Virus record (IMG/VR): IMGVR_UViG_3300042884_001293
Span: 16,033 to 80,032 of that record
DNA: 64,000 nucleotides
Reading direction: 5' to 3' (one strand)
From: a virus
Shown: in pieces, positions 1 through 8,513 of the stretch
How positions within the stretch are numbered: position 1 is the first letter of the stretch
Layout: each line of letters begins with the position of its first letter
Program-made: the position numbers and the translations under genes
The notes under the pieces: model-generated
Told to the model about the DNA's origin: nothing
Databases searched by the model: none
What the model saw: the letters and a program-made list of their open reading frames with translations, nothing else

Positions 1-215
1 TTGTGCAATAAGCAGAGATGGATCGGCTAATTCTTTTTATACCAAAAACGCTGATCAGCATTCAGACGTGCAGAGAGATTATTTTGTTGAAAGATGGCAT
101 AACAATATATCGCAAGCAATTCAGTTTGTTAATAGATACGACAAAGCCTAACCACACCCGCGCAAACGAGGGAGTTGCGCCCCTCTCTCAATCAACATTC
201 ACAAAGGTAACGACG

Positions 216-479
216 ATGACAATGCTAAAAATACACATGATCGAAATCGCGCTAGCCAATCTAGTCGCATCAGAATCAGCCGAGATCGTCGGCATGGGTT
301 GGCAGATTGAGCTAAGTAGCGGGAACACGCTATTTATTGAGCCAAGTGATGAAGGGTTTGTTTATCAAGTGCTTTATAAAGCTACTGATGAGCATAAAGA
401 GTATTTTGGCGATTGGTTAACCTTGGAACGTGTTAGCCGATTGACTGAGCTAATTAATGAGGTTGATGAAGATGCCTAA
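216..479 (+). CDS. hypothetical protein
   Basis: Frame open 18-479. ATG 216 preferred because the upstream 66 codons look non-genic. 3' end overlaps the next start. Confidence 0.4.
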   Translation: MTMLKIHMIEIALANLVASESAEIVGMGWQIELSSGNTLFIEPSDEGFVYQVLYKATDEHKEYFGDWLTLERVSRLTELINEVDEDA

Positions 480-741
480 CCCAGACTGCCCCTACTGTCA
501 CAAACCGATGACCTACAACGGCACAAAATCGTCGGGAGCGCGACAATATCGCTGTAGGCGTGGCTGTCTCACTCCTGAAGGGAAAACAGTCACCATGACT
601 GACAGCGATCGCAAGCGTGGAGGTCAAACAATAGGCGATAAGCCCATGAGTCAGGCTGAGTATGATTTACGGTATCGATTGGCACATCCTGAGAAGTATA
701 AGGAAGTGCATAAGTACAAGCCAAAAACTAAAGGTGAGTAG
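472..741 (+). CDS. small zinc-ribbon protein
   Basis: ATG 472 overlaps the upstream stop. Four-Cys pattern CPYC...YRCRRGC, then a basic tail. Confidence 0.5.
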   Translation: MPNPDCPYCHKPMTYNGTKSSGARQYRCRRGCLTPEGKTVTMTDSDRKRGGQTIGDKPMSQAEYDLRYRLAHPEKYKEVHKYKPKTKGE

Positions 742-835
742 CTAATTGTAAACAAATATTACAAATATCTTGACACCTTTCGCCTAGTACTGATACTATT
801 TTATTCATACAGACAAAACAAGGGAGTAAACGACA

Positions 836-1126
836 ATGCAAACACAAATTAACTGCTACTTTAATCACGCATGGGACAGCGAAACACACCCCGATCTAGC
901 TGACAAGAAAGCGGCGATCGCATTAGCTAAATCCTTAGCTCCCAATGTCAAAAGCTTTGAGTATAACGGTAGCCAAGCAGATGGCTTTGAGTTTTACTTT
1001 ACAGAGATTGTGACTGTGACGGTAGACTTTGAAGATGGCGACTGCCTAGCAGACTTCGATGAAGTTCAGAACGCACAGCCATTGATTGCTGGCGGCGAAA
1101 TGACAACGGCTCGTAGGGTAAAGTAG
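836..1126 (+). CDS. hypothetical acidic protein
   Basis: 96-aa ORF with aagggag RBS-like sequence upstream, followed by a terminator. Confidence 0.5.
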   Translation: MQTQINCYFNHAWDSETHPDLADKKAAIALAKSLAPNVKSFEYNGSQADGFEFYFTEIVTVTVDFEDGDCLADFDEVQNAQPLIAGGEMTTARRVK

Positions 1127-1136
1127 AAAGAATGCC

Positions 1137-1174
1137 ACAAAAAAGCACCTTATCAAAAATAAGGTGCTTTTTTG
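1137..1174. terminator. bidirectional rho-independent terminator
   Basis: aaaaagcacctta-loop-taaggtgctttttt hairpin with A/T runs, between convergent genes. Confidence 0.7.
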
Positions 1175-1179
1175 TGGAT

Positions 1180-2097
1180 TTACTGACCTATCAGCATTTG
1201 CCAGTTTTTGACATCTCGAAGGTACTCAATAGCTTTTGCTGTGTGTTCATCTGGTATATAGGTAGTCGTCACCGTGCGGGGTAATTCTGCAAGCAAGCTG
1301 ACACCAAATTTAGACTCAATCTCTTCTAGTACACGTTGGACATCAGCACCAGATTTAAAAGTGATACCAAATCGCTTTTTCATGTAGTCCTTGAGTTGAC
1401 CACAAGTTTGACCACTGTATTTAGTCTGCTGATTGTGGCGATCGTCGATGACTTCGATTACTGGCTTCTCAACTTCTACGATCGCATTATCGCGACCCAT
1501 CAAACATAAAGTTGTAGGAACTCCATGCAATGCAGTCATCGAACTCATGCGATCCATACGTTGAATCTCAAGCCTCATATTTTCGTTAATGAGTTCAAGT
1601 TCACGAAGGCGATCGTTTTGTTGAGGGACTAGCATTGCCACATCAAGCAAAAGTGTCCTGACTTGTTTGGCGATCGCAGAATCTCGCAGTAACATACCTA
1701 ATCTAAGGGCGGCGCGAGGTGTCCAAATAACTAGAGATGAAGTAAAAGAGGTGATGGACAGATTGTCCATACCTTGATTCCATAAGGCTTTGACCTCTTT
1801 AGCATTGTATTTACGCAACCCGTCGGATTCTAATTCGCCTTTATGGCGTTGCGAAATTTTCTGCACAGTATCAGTAGAGACTTCGTAGTAATCTGCCATC
1901 TGTTGAGTAGTAGCCACGCCTGTACCTTGCCACATCGCCATAACTAGAGACTTAGCTCTATTCAGATACTCTAGCGATGCATCCTGACTGAGATCAATTA
2001 GCTTCTCATTACGAGCGGATACAGATTCGATTAAAATAAGATCGTTCATATTGCCTAATATTCCTAGGTAATGTGGATTAAGCGATCGCCTTTCCAA
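1180..2097 (-). CDS. ORF6N/KilA-like DNA-binding regulatory protein
   Basis: HTH-like TTQQMADYYEVSTDTVQKISQRH and WTPRAALRLGMLLRDSAIAKQVRTLLLD resemble the ORF6N domain; coiled-coil middle. Confidence 0.45.
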   Translation of the reverse strand: MERRSLNPHYLGILGNMNDLILIESVSARNEKLIDLSQDASLEYLNRAKSLVMAMWQGTGVATTQQMADYYEVSTDTVQKISQRHKGELESDGLRKYNAKEVKALWNQGMDNLSITSFTSSLVIWTPRAALRLGMLLRDSAIAKQVRTLLLDVAMLVPQQNDRLRELELINENMRLEIQRMDRMSSMTALHGVPTTLCLMGRDNAIVEVEKPVIEVIDDRHNQQTKYSGQTCGQLKDYMKKRFGITFKSGADVQRVLEEIESKFGVSLLAELPRTVTTTYIPDEHTAKAIEYLRDVKNWQMLIGQ

Positions 2098-2125
2098 AAT
2101 CTGCGATCGCTATTAATATTTTACC

Positions 2126-2542
2126 ATGCTCAAATTCACCCTACCCAACACACCGATCGCCGCTAAGCTCTTATCCAAGCTGCAAAACATAGAGCCTGTG
2201 ATAAAGACTGTCAGCGCGGATCATGTGATTGCACTGCAAGATAATATTATTCGTGAGGGTGGCGATCCTGATACGGGTGCGGCGTGGAAAACACTCAGCG
2301 CTAAGTACCTCGCACACAAGCGCTTAATTGGCGCGTTCCTTACGATTTTGCGGCGTACTGATGCGATGCGTAAAGGGATAACGGTAATCAGTAGCGATGG
2401 CAAGAGCTATCGAATATCGGTAACAGGTGAGGCTAAACGATACTTTGCATATGCCAATGAGGTGAGGCGGTTTTTAGGTATGAGTCCAGAGACGAAAGAA
2501 CGCGCTAAAATTGAGTTAAGCAAGCATTTGAAGGGTAAGTAA
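2126..2542 (+). CDS. virion morphogenesis / tail completion protein (Mu gpG-like)
   Basis: REGGDPDTGAAWKTLSAKYLAHKR...ILRRTDAMRKGI pattern resembles the Mu G family; first gene of the plus-strand virion operon. Confidence 0.45.
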   Translation: MLKFTLPNTPIAAKLLSKLQNIEPVIKTVSADHVIALQDNIIREGGDPDTGAAWKTLSAKYLAHKRLIGAFLTILRRTDAMRKGITVISSDGKSYRISVTGEAKRYFAYANEVRRFLGMSPETKERAKIELSKHLKGK

Positions 2543-2545
2543 TGT

Positions 2546-2740
2546 ATGGGACGAATGACACCTGATCAGCAAGAGTTTTACGAGCATTTGCAAAGAGTAC
2601 ATCCACACTTTGAAAGCCGCTATACAGGCTCTTATCCTCATTTAGCGCACTTAACAACACCTGCTGAACGGTATCGGAATTTATGCGAAAGCTACGAGCC
2701 TCCAAGATTTAAGAAAGAGAGACATCATGCCACTCCCTAA
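2546..2740 (+). CDS. hypothetical protein
   Basis: 64-aa ORF filling the gap between two virion-module genes; 3' overlap with the next gene. Confidence 0.35.
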   Translation: MGRMTPDQQEFYEHLQRVHPHFESRYTGSYPHLAHLTTPAERYRNLCESYEPPRFKKERHHATP

Positions 2741-3137
2741 CCTCATACCCCCATTTGCGCCCAAAAACCCCGATAGCAGTTACAAGCTTAACTGCACGTT
2801 TTGGGTACGCAATAGCATAGATACAGGCACGGTTAACGCGCTAGGTAATCCTGTGATTGATAGCGATACAAGAGCGGTACAGGGCTGGGCAGTGCGTGAA
2901 AGCAATCCGCAATTACTTGAGACGATCGGCGCTAGTGTGGAGGAAACACCGATCAAGATATGGATTCAAGATCCCAAATGTTTACCAGCTAATTTTGCGT
3001 CATTTAATAACGTGCGTTGTGAGTTAGATTTAGGCGGTAAGCGTGTTGGTTTACTTCGTCCTGTGCCAATGGCACATCCGTTTGTGCTTAGCAATTTCCA
3101 GTTTGTGATTGGAGCTTTTAAAGGTGTAAATGCATGA
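2727..3137 (+). CDS. hypothetical virion-module protein
   Basis: 136-aa ORF; stop overlaps the next ATG (ATGA). C-terminal VIGAFKGVNA is repeated as a remnant at 3381-3410. Confidence 0.5.
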   Translation: MPLPNLIPPFAPKNPDSSYKLNCTFWVRNSIDTGTVNALGNPVIDSDTRAVQGWAVRESNPQLLETIGASVEETPIKIWIQDPKCLPANFASFNNVRCELDLGGKRVGLLRPVPMAHPFVLSNFQFVIGAFKGVNA

Positions 3138-3337
3138 GTAAAAGTATTCTTTACACGGTTGAAAAAATTATTGACGGTTTGCAAGAATTAAAGATAAACG
3201 ATCTTACAAACATTGAAGCTCACAATAAAAGAGTTGATTACTGGGCTGAAGAACTCCGTAATTATGTAACATCCTACGGAAAATGCGCCGATATAATTTC
3301 CCGTGCTGCCGCTCTTCTTGAAAAGGAAAAACCATGA
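3134..3337 (+). CDS. hypothetical small protein (cassette gene A)
   Basis: 67-aa ORF with ATGA overlaps at both ends. Confidence 0.45.
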   Translation: MSKSILYTVEKIIDGLQELKINDLTNIEAHNKRVDYWAEELRNYVTSYGKCADIISRAAALLEKEKP

Positions 3338-3384
3338 AAAAATATCTACTGCTCCCCCTTCTACTTTTCGTCATCCCATTGTAA
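3334..3384 (+). pseudogene. truncated 5' remnant of the signal-peptide gene found intact at 3637
   Basis: MKKYLLLPLLLFVIPL-stop; about 90 percent nucleotide identity to 3637-3690. Confidence 0.55.
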
Positions 3385-3409
3385 TCGGAGCTTTCAAAGG
3401 AGTGAATGC

Positions 3410-3640
3410 ATGAAAAGAAAACTAAGACGAATAAGGCATACTCGTCCTGAATGGGTTACGGCTTTAAATTTTGCAAGAGTCTACCCTTCAGCGCAAATAA
3501 ATGAAGTTCTAACTCAATCAATAAATGGAGTTAGATTCGTGCAAATACATATTAAAAATTGGGTGAATGCTTGGTACTTTGCTAAAGGAAACGCAGAAAT
3601 CAGGACAATTGGAATTAAACCAAATAAAACAAAACCATGA
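3410..3640 (+). CDS. small basic protein (RPEWV family, cassette gene B)
   Basis: 76-aa ORF. N-terminus MKRKLRRIRHTRPEWVTA is paralogous to the 27964-28140 product. Confidence 0.5.
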   Translation: MKRKLRRIRHTRPEWVTALNFARVYPSAQINEVLTQSINGVRFVQIHIKNWVNAWYFAKGNAEIRTIGIKPNKTKP

Positions 3641-3915
3641 AAAAATACCTACTCCCCATCCTACTTTTCGCCATCCCATCCCCCGCGATCGCTATTGAAC
3701 CTCTCAACTATCCCGCCAACTTCATCGAATGGCGCGGCGTAGTCTACAACCTCGATCACTTAGCTGGCAAAGGCGTGCAACAAATTATCACAGTGCAACA
3801 AAAGCCTGTTGAGAAATCAGCGGAATCGCGTGAGGTGAGAGACAATAGGCAGCGGGTTAATTTTGAGAATGCTCGGAAATTGCTTTTGATTGAACGCTTA
3901 CGAAATATGCGATAA
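3637..3915 (+). CDS. secreted small protein
   Basis: Signal peptide MKKYLLPILLFAIPSPAIA; ATGA overlap with the upstream gene. Confidence 0.55.
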   Translation: MKKYLLPILLFAIPSPAIAIEPLNYPANFIEWRGVVYNLDHLAGKGVQQIITVQQKPVEKSAESREVRDNRQRVNFENARKLLLIERLRNMR

Positions 3916-4009
3916 TCACAGTGTAAATCGCTTGACTGCGTGTTTACTCCTTTACTATGTCTTGAATGCGATCGCTGTCCTGAGTTAATTGGATGGCGAT
4001 CATTTTTTA

Positions 4010-4279
4010 TTAATCAGTTATATATTCTTGTAGAATTTTACCTTTTTCAATACTGCTATCAGCGATTCCCAAATACTTAACAGTAAGTAAATGTTTAGAT
4101 CCTTCTGGAACCCAATTCCCGCGATCTAACCTTTCATCATTTCCGTATTGATAGCTAGGCTCAAACGATAGATCCTTAGCTTCATCTTCGCTATCAGCGC
4201 AAATCACAAAGCCTAAATAACGGGCATAGGATTCTGACTCATGCGATTCGATTGGTTTGACTAGGTATAGTTTAGCCAT
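4010..4279 (-). CDS. hypothetical protein
   Basis: 89-aa ORF, last gene of the minus-strand island. Confidence 0.5.
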   Translation of the reverse strand: MAKLYLVKPIESHESESYARYLGFVICADSEDEAKDLSFEPSYQYGNDERLDRGNWVPEGSKHLLTVKYLGIADSSIEKGKILQEYITD

Positions 4280-4495
4280 TTAGCTTCTCCTTAAATAATC
4301 GCGATTACTGTGATTTTGGCGTGGCTCTTGCTGTGATTTGGCTAGAGTTGCCCTCATTCCTTCATCGATAAACCAATAGATAACCCTTGTTTTCTCGCCT
4401 CTACCTTTAGCATGATCTGGCATAAGTTTAATTAACTCAGCAAACTTACTAGGGGCTATGACAATTTTTATTTCTATTGATTTACCTTCTTCCAT
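4280..4495 (-). CDS. hypothetical protein
   Basis: 71-aa ORF abutting both neighbours. Confidence 0.45.
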   Translation of the reverse strand: MEEGKSIEIKIVIAPSKFAELIKLMPDHAKGRGEKTRVIYWFIDEGMRATLAKSQQEPRQNHSNRDYLRRS

Positions 4496-4497
4496 GC

Positions 4498-5949
4498 TTA
4501 CTCACCAACGAGACGAGCGATGATTTTTTTAGCTTGATCCAGCTCCTCTTTAAGCTCAATCACCTCAGTAGTAATATCCATTGGCTTGCAGTTTTCTGGG
4601 AGCTTAAGGTATTTGGAAATCACTTCTAACTGAAAGTAGCCTTTGTAATATTTCTTTTTTTCTTGCTTTAACTCCATGATCGCAAAACAAATGTCAGGTT
4701 GCTTGGCATCGCTAGGCAAGTCCAAGAATGAGGCAATACTAGATAGACAGCGATTTAGTCTCTCAATTTCGCGATCCTTGTCTCCTGTAAGTTGTTCAAT
4801 CTTGGCGATCGCCTCTTCATTGCTAATATCTTTACCAACTGAATCAATTAAAAGCTGTTTAACCTCAAGCGCAAATTGAGTAAACTCATGATCGCGTTCC
4901 CAGTGTTTGTGACGATCTATTAAATGCTCTACAAAGCTGATAGCGTCATCGTCAGGGAACTCATCAATAGACGGATATTTGTCTTTCCTGACCCCTTCAT
5001 ATAGCGCTTGTTTGATCTGACTGCGAAACTTGATTTCTTCCTGATCATAGGCTTGCTTTTGGGCTTGTAAATCTACTGAGTTTAGCAAATCATTAATAAT
5101 GCGACTGCCATAAATCTCGTACTCACTACGCTTTCCGAAAAGAGCTAAGTGAATATCGCATAATCGGCGGAATCCAGTAACAACGATCTTTTCTTCTTGC
5201 TTGAATCTGCGATGGTCAAGACATTCTGCATTAGCCTTATTTAAAATGTCGGTAATCTCACCTAGTAGCTGTGATTGCTCTGATGATTCTTTGATTTTAG
5301 CGATCGCTTCATCATCAGATAGCTTGCCCTGATTTAACACTTCTTTGATTGCCATAACAAATCTATTGGATTGATTTTGATCCCATCTCCTAGCTTTGAT
5401 TGCCATAACAAATCTATTGGATTGATTTTGATCCCATCTCCTAGCTTTGATTGCTGCAATAGTTTCGTCATCACTCAAACCTTCGCCAAATAAAAACTTG
5501 ACCTGATCGCGAAACTCATTAGCAGCCGTGAGATCGTTATACATCTTTTCAATCCTAGCCAACATTTGATCATCGCCTAAGACGGTCAGAATCTCATCAG
5601 GATTATCATCCAATAATACGTTTACTCGACGACTGAAACTGCAAGGGCGGCGGTTATCAATGGCAAGATTTTCTGGTTCTGATGTTTTCACAATGCGAAC
5701 ATCTTTTAACCTTTCAAACCCATTCGCCCATAGTTGCAAGCGATCGCAAAGATGATCGAGGATGCCTCGATAATAGGAGCGCTCTGTTTTTAGATTGTGG
5801 ATTTCTGCAATAGTTGCGTCATCGGATTGGATGCCTAATGCTAAAGCTTTCTTTACTTGATCGCGAAATGACATAGCTTGTATTGCGTTCTCATGTATTT
5901 GATGATTTTCTGGAATAAGAAACCCATACTCATCATTATTCTTAACCAT
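4498..5949 (-). CDS. repeat-containing protein of unknown function
   Basis: 483 aa with at least 5 degenerate modules F-R-x-Q-V-K-x(6-10)-S-D-D-E-x-I-A-x-I, plus a perfect 17-aa tandem duplication. Confidence 0.6.
   Translation of the reverse strand: MVKNNDEYGFLIPENHQIHENAIQAMSFRDQVKKALALGIQSDDATIAEIHNLKTERSYYRGILDHLCDRLQLWANGFERLKDVRIVKTSEPENLAIDNRRPCSFSRRVNVLLDDNPDEILTVLGDDQMLARIEKMYNDLTAANEFRDQVKFLFGEGLSDDETIAAIKARRWDQNQSNRFVMAIKARRWDQNQSNRFVMAIKEVLNQGKLSDDEAIAKIKESSEQSQLLGEITDILNKANAECLDHRRFKQEEKIVVTGFRRLCDIHLALFGKRSEYEIYGSRIINDLLNSVDLQAQKQAYDQEEIKFRSQIKQALYEGVRKDKYPSIDEFPDDDAISFVEHLIDRHKHWERDHEFTQFALEVKQLLIDSVGKDISNEEAIAKIEQLTGDKDREIERLNRCLSSIASFLDLPSDAKQPDICFAIMELKQEKKKYYKGYFQLEVISKYLKLPENCKPMDITTEVIELKEELDQAKKIIARLVGE
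5350..5451. repeat. perfect 51-bp tandem duplication (2 copies), in frame
   Basis: tgccataacaaatctattggattgattttgatcccatctcctagctttgat occurs twice back to back. Confidence 0.95.
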
Positions 5950-6035
5950 AAATCTCAGTCCGTAGTTAGTCCGTACTCAATATTATAGCTGTTTTTTGAT
6001 GCAATCCTAGAGGTAAAGTATCTAGGATTAAAATC

Positions 6036-6815
6036 ATGGGTGAGAAGCTCACGACATTTGAGACGGGTAATGGCGCTAAAGTCGAGATCGTGCCTTTAGG
6101 TAAAGGCGACACCGATTACCCCAAGCGCATTGCGATCACCGTTACCACGGCTGCTATTAAGAACGCGACTACTGTTGCTGTTTCCTATAGCGTTGCTACG
6201 GCTGGGCAAACAATTAAGATCCCTGCTGGAACTTGTCTGCCATTTACCGATCCAGTAACTGGAAACGTAGTTAGCGCAACGGTTACAACTTCTGTCAGCA
6301 CGGCGTTAAGCACTGGGTCGGGGCCATATACTGCCACTGGCTCAATTGCATTAGACGCAAATCATCTAGCGATCCCAAATAACAGCACCAGCTCTAACTT
6401 TATTCCTCTTGGGGCGCGTTCAACAGCTACAGGTACAGTAACCCTCGCTGATGAACAGTTGCGAACCTTTGACTCGACCCTATTTGATCAAGGTCAAATC
6501 GTTAGTGGCGCGGGTGAATTTAGCTGTGATGGTGCATTTAGCTCTATCGATGCTGGGCTAACTACCGTAGCCAACTTGACGATTGGCGCAACTGCGATCG
6601 ATGGGACAACCGTGATTTCAACTCCAGGGAATTATATGTGGGTAGTTGTCACTACTCCGCCCCCAGCGGCTGGCTATACATCGGGATTGGTTCGCCGTGC
6701 TATCTGCTATTGCACAGACCAGACTATTGACGTACAGGCTGGAGCGATTAGCAAGCAATCGTTACCTTTCAAAGCTAACGGAAGTGTATTCACAGATCCC
6801 GCAGTCGTAACTTAA
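6036..6815 (+). CDS. major tail (tube) protein, by position
   Basis: 259-aa Thr/Ala/Gly-rich beta-type protein just upstream of the G/GT chaperones and tape measure. Confidence 0.55.
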   Translation: MGEKLTTFETGNGAKVEIVPLGKGDTDYPKRIAITVTTAAIKNATTVAVSYSVATAGQTIKIPAGTCLPFTDPVTGNVVSATVTTSVSTALSTGSGPYTATGSIALDANHLAIPNNSTSSNFIPLGARSTATGTVTLADEQLRTFDSTLFDQGQIVSGAGEFSCDGAFSSIDAGLTTVANLTIGATAIDGTTVISTPGNYMWVVVTTPPPAAGYTSGLVRRAICYCTDQTIDVQAGAISKQSLPFKANGSVFTDPAVVT

Positions 6816-7027
6816 TGCATGAATATCTAATCTCTCCCAAAGCATACGCAATAAGTTGCAAGCTAGACGGCAAGCAGATTATCGCCGAAATGCTTTATCT
6901 AAGGGAAGAGTTTACGCAAGAAACAAAAGTGGATTTATACAGTGGCGATCGCGTTTTGGTTGCCACTGTATTAATCCCAAAGACTGACATTAATACACAT
7001 CAAAATATCACTTTGCAAATATGCTAA
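6815..7027 (+). CDS. hypothetical protein
   Basis: 70-aa ORF with TAATG overlap with the tail gene. Confidence 0.4.
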   Translation: MHEYLISPKAYAISCKLDGKQIIAEMLYLREEFTQETKVDLYSGDRVLVATVLIPKTDINTHQNITLQIC

Positions 7028-7482
7028 TTTTTGAGATTGAGCAAAAGCCTCCCTTTAAATCTAAAACCGTTTTTGGTGTTGAAATTCCTTTACTAGGGGA
7101 ATTAACCGTAGATGAAGCGATTGCAGTCGATAAAGCGATCGCTATTGATTTAAGCTCGACCAGTGCCAATACTGAGTGGAAAATCGTACAGGTATCGGCA
7201 TGGTTGGCGGTGCGATTATCTGTAAGCCGTGAAGAAATTACAGCACAACTCAAAAAGTCAATACTTTTGATCGAGGCTTTGTGGCTAACTTTTGTATCTG
7301 AACGCGAGGGAATTACCGAAAACTATGAACTTGATGAACCCGTGACTGAGGGAAAGGACGGAAGTCCAACCGTACCGTTAAAGACATCGAGGAAGAGTGG
7401 AATCAAATCTACCTCAAACTCACAGGATCAAGATTCCGAGACAGATTTAGTGGAGATTTCGGGTCTACTCGAATCAGCGTAA
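7021..7482 (+). CDS. tail assembly chaperone (gpG-like)
   Basis: 153-aa acidic protein before the tape measure; contains an in-phase G_GGA_AAG slippery heptamer. Confidence 0.7.
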   Translation: MLIFEIEQKPPFKSKTVFGVEIPLLGELTVDEAIAVDKAIAIDLSSTSANTEWKIVQVSAWLAVRLSVSREEITAQLKKSILLIEALWLTFVSEREGITENYELDEPVTEGKDGSPTVPLKTSRKSGIKSTSNSQDQDSETDLVEISGLLESA

Positions 7483-7769
7483 TTAGGCAATATCTTGCTT
7501 ATATTAACGAGCAAGAGTTACAGCGATCGGCAGAACTAGAGGTGATAGCGGCGCGAAATACCCTAGCAACAGGTGATTTTAAAGACCGCGAGAAAGCCTT
7601 TAGATCGCTTACCCCTTCACTGCAAGCATTGCGTAGAATGCAAGCTAAGAAGCGGATGTCTGTAACCTTTGCCAAGAAGTTTGCTTTGCTGTTTAAGAAA
7701 GGCAAGATCCCGAATTGGGTTGTAGAAATTTGCGATTACGAGACGATTGAATTATTAGCTGGTGATTAA
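7021..7769 (+). CDS. tail assembly chaperone fusion (gpGT-like) via -1 frameshift at 7350-7356
   Basis: The -1 frame is open from 7329 to 7769. A slip at GGGAAAG joins the G N-terminus to the 7356-7769 frame. Confidence 0.6.
7350..7356 (+). other. programmed -1 ribosomal frameshift slippery site GGGAAAG
   Basis: Heptamer phased X_XXY_YYZ in the G frame, inside the 7329-7482 two-frame overlap. Same heptamer as the lambda G/GT site. Confidence 0.65.
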
Positions 7770-7771
7770 AT

Positions 7772-8512
7772 ATGAAAAACATCCATGCAGTCTTATCGCA
7801 TCATATTGCTGATGAATTTATCGACATTTTTGGGCTCGATAATCCATTAACAATTAGTTGTTTTTGGAGTATTGAAAAAAATATTGGTAATAGTGATTTA
7901 ACGATCGCGCCAATTACTAAACAATACGATGAACCATTGAGTGACTCTACTAACTATTTAATAATTGCAGCCCCGTCTCGTTTTTTGATTGATACTAATC
8001 GGAATACTTTTTTAGATCAAAATCAAGGATTAAGCGTTGATTTGCAAATTGTAGAAATTTTAATAGAGTCAACTTTAAAAGATGTTGGTTTTACACCTGA
8101 AATAGTAAAACTAAGGCGTAAATCTTTAGAGTATAAAGGCGAATCAGTCCATGTTATCCCTATTGATGACTTGAGAGAACACGATGAAAATAATGACGGC
8201 TCTTGCTGGTGTAATCCACGCATAGAACAAGAAGAGAACGGACGAGTAATTATTCATAACCCTCTTGATGGAAGGGAGATTTTAGAAAGCCTTGATCTAA
8301 AGCGCAAAGACATCCCCAATCACCTTGCCTTAGTTGCTAAGCACTGGCTACCCTCCAGCGATACAGACGATCTAAATGTAGCGATCGCTTTGAGATGGTT
8401 GCAAAAAAGGCATAAGTATTTGACCCCAACTCTAGGGGCAGAAGAAGCTTTAACCGTTTCTTTGGTTAATTATTTCGACACTTTTTTAAGAAGTTTGATT
8501 GAGGGTGATTGA
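7772..8512 (+). CDS. hypothetical protein
   Basis: 246-aa ORF between the chaperones and tape measure; CWCNP...HNPLDGRE motif of unknown family. Confidence 0.5.
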   Translation: MKNIHAVLSHHIADEFIDIFGLDNPLTISCFWSIEKNIGNSDLTIAPITKQYDEPLSDSTNYLIIAAPSRFLIDTNRNTFLDQNQGLSVDLQIVEILIESTLKDVGFTPEIVKLRRKSLEYKGESVHVIPIDDLREHDENNDGSCWCNPRIEQEENGRVIIHNPLDGREILESLDLKRKDIPNHLALVAKHWLPSSDTDDLNVAIALRWLQKRHKYLTPTLGAEEALTVSLVNYFDTFLRSLIEGD

Positions 8513-8513
8513 T

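Noticed and set aside
7772-8512. The extra gene between GT and the tape measure as a second chaperone or a tape measure N-terminal fragment.
   Set aside because: It shows no similarity to the G/GT or tape measure sequence. It has its own ATG 2 nt after the GT stop, and its function is left unknown.
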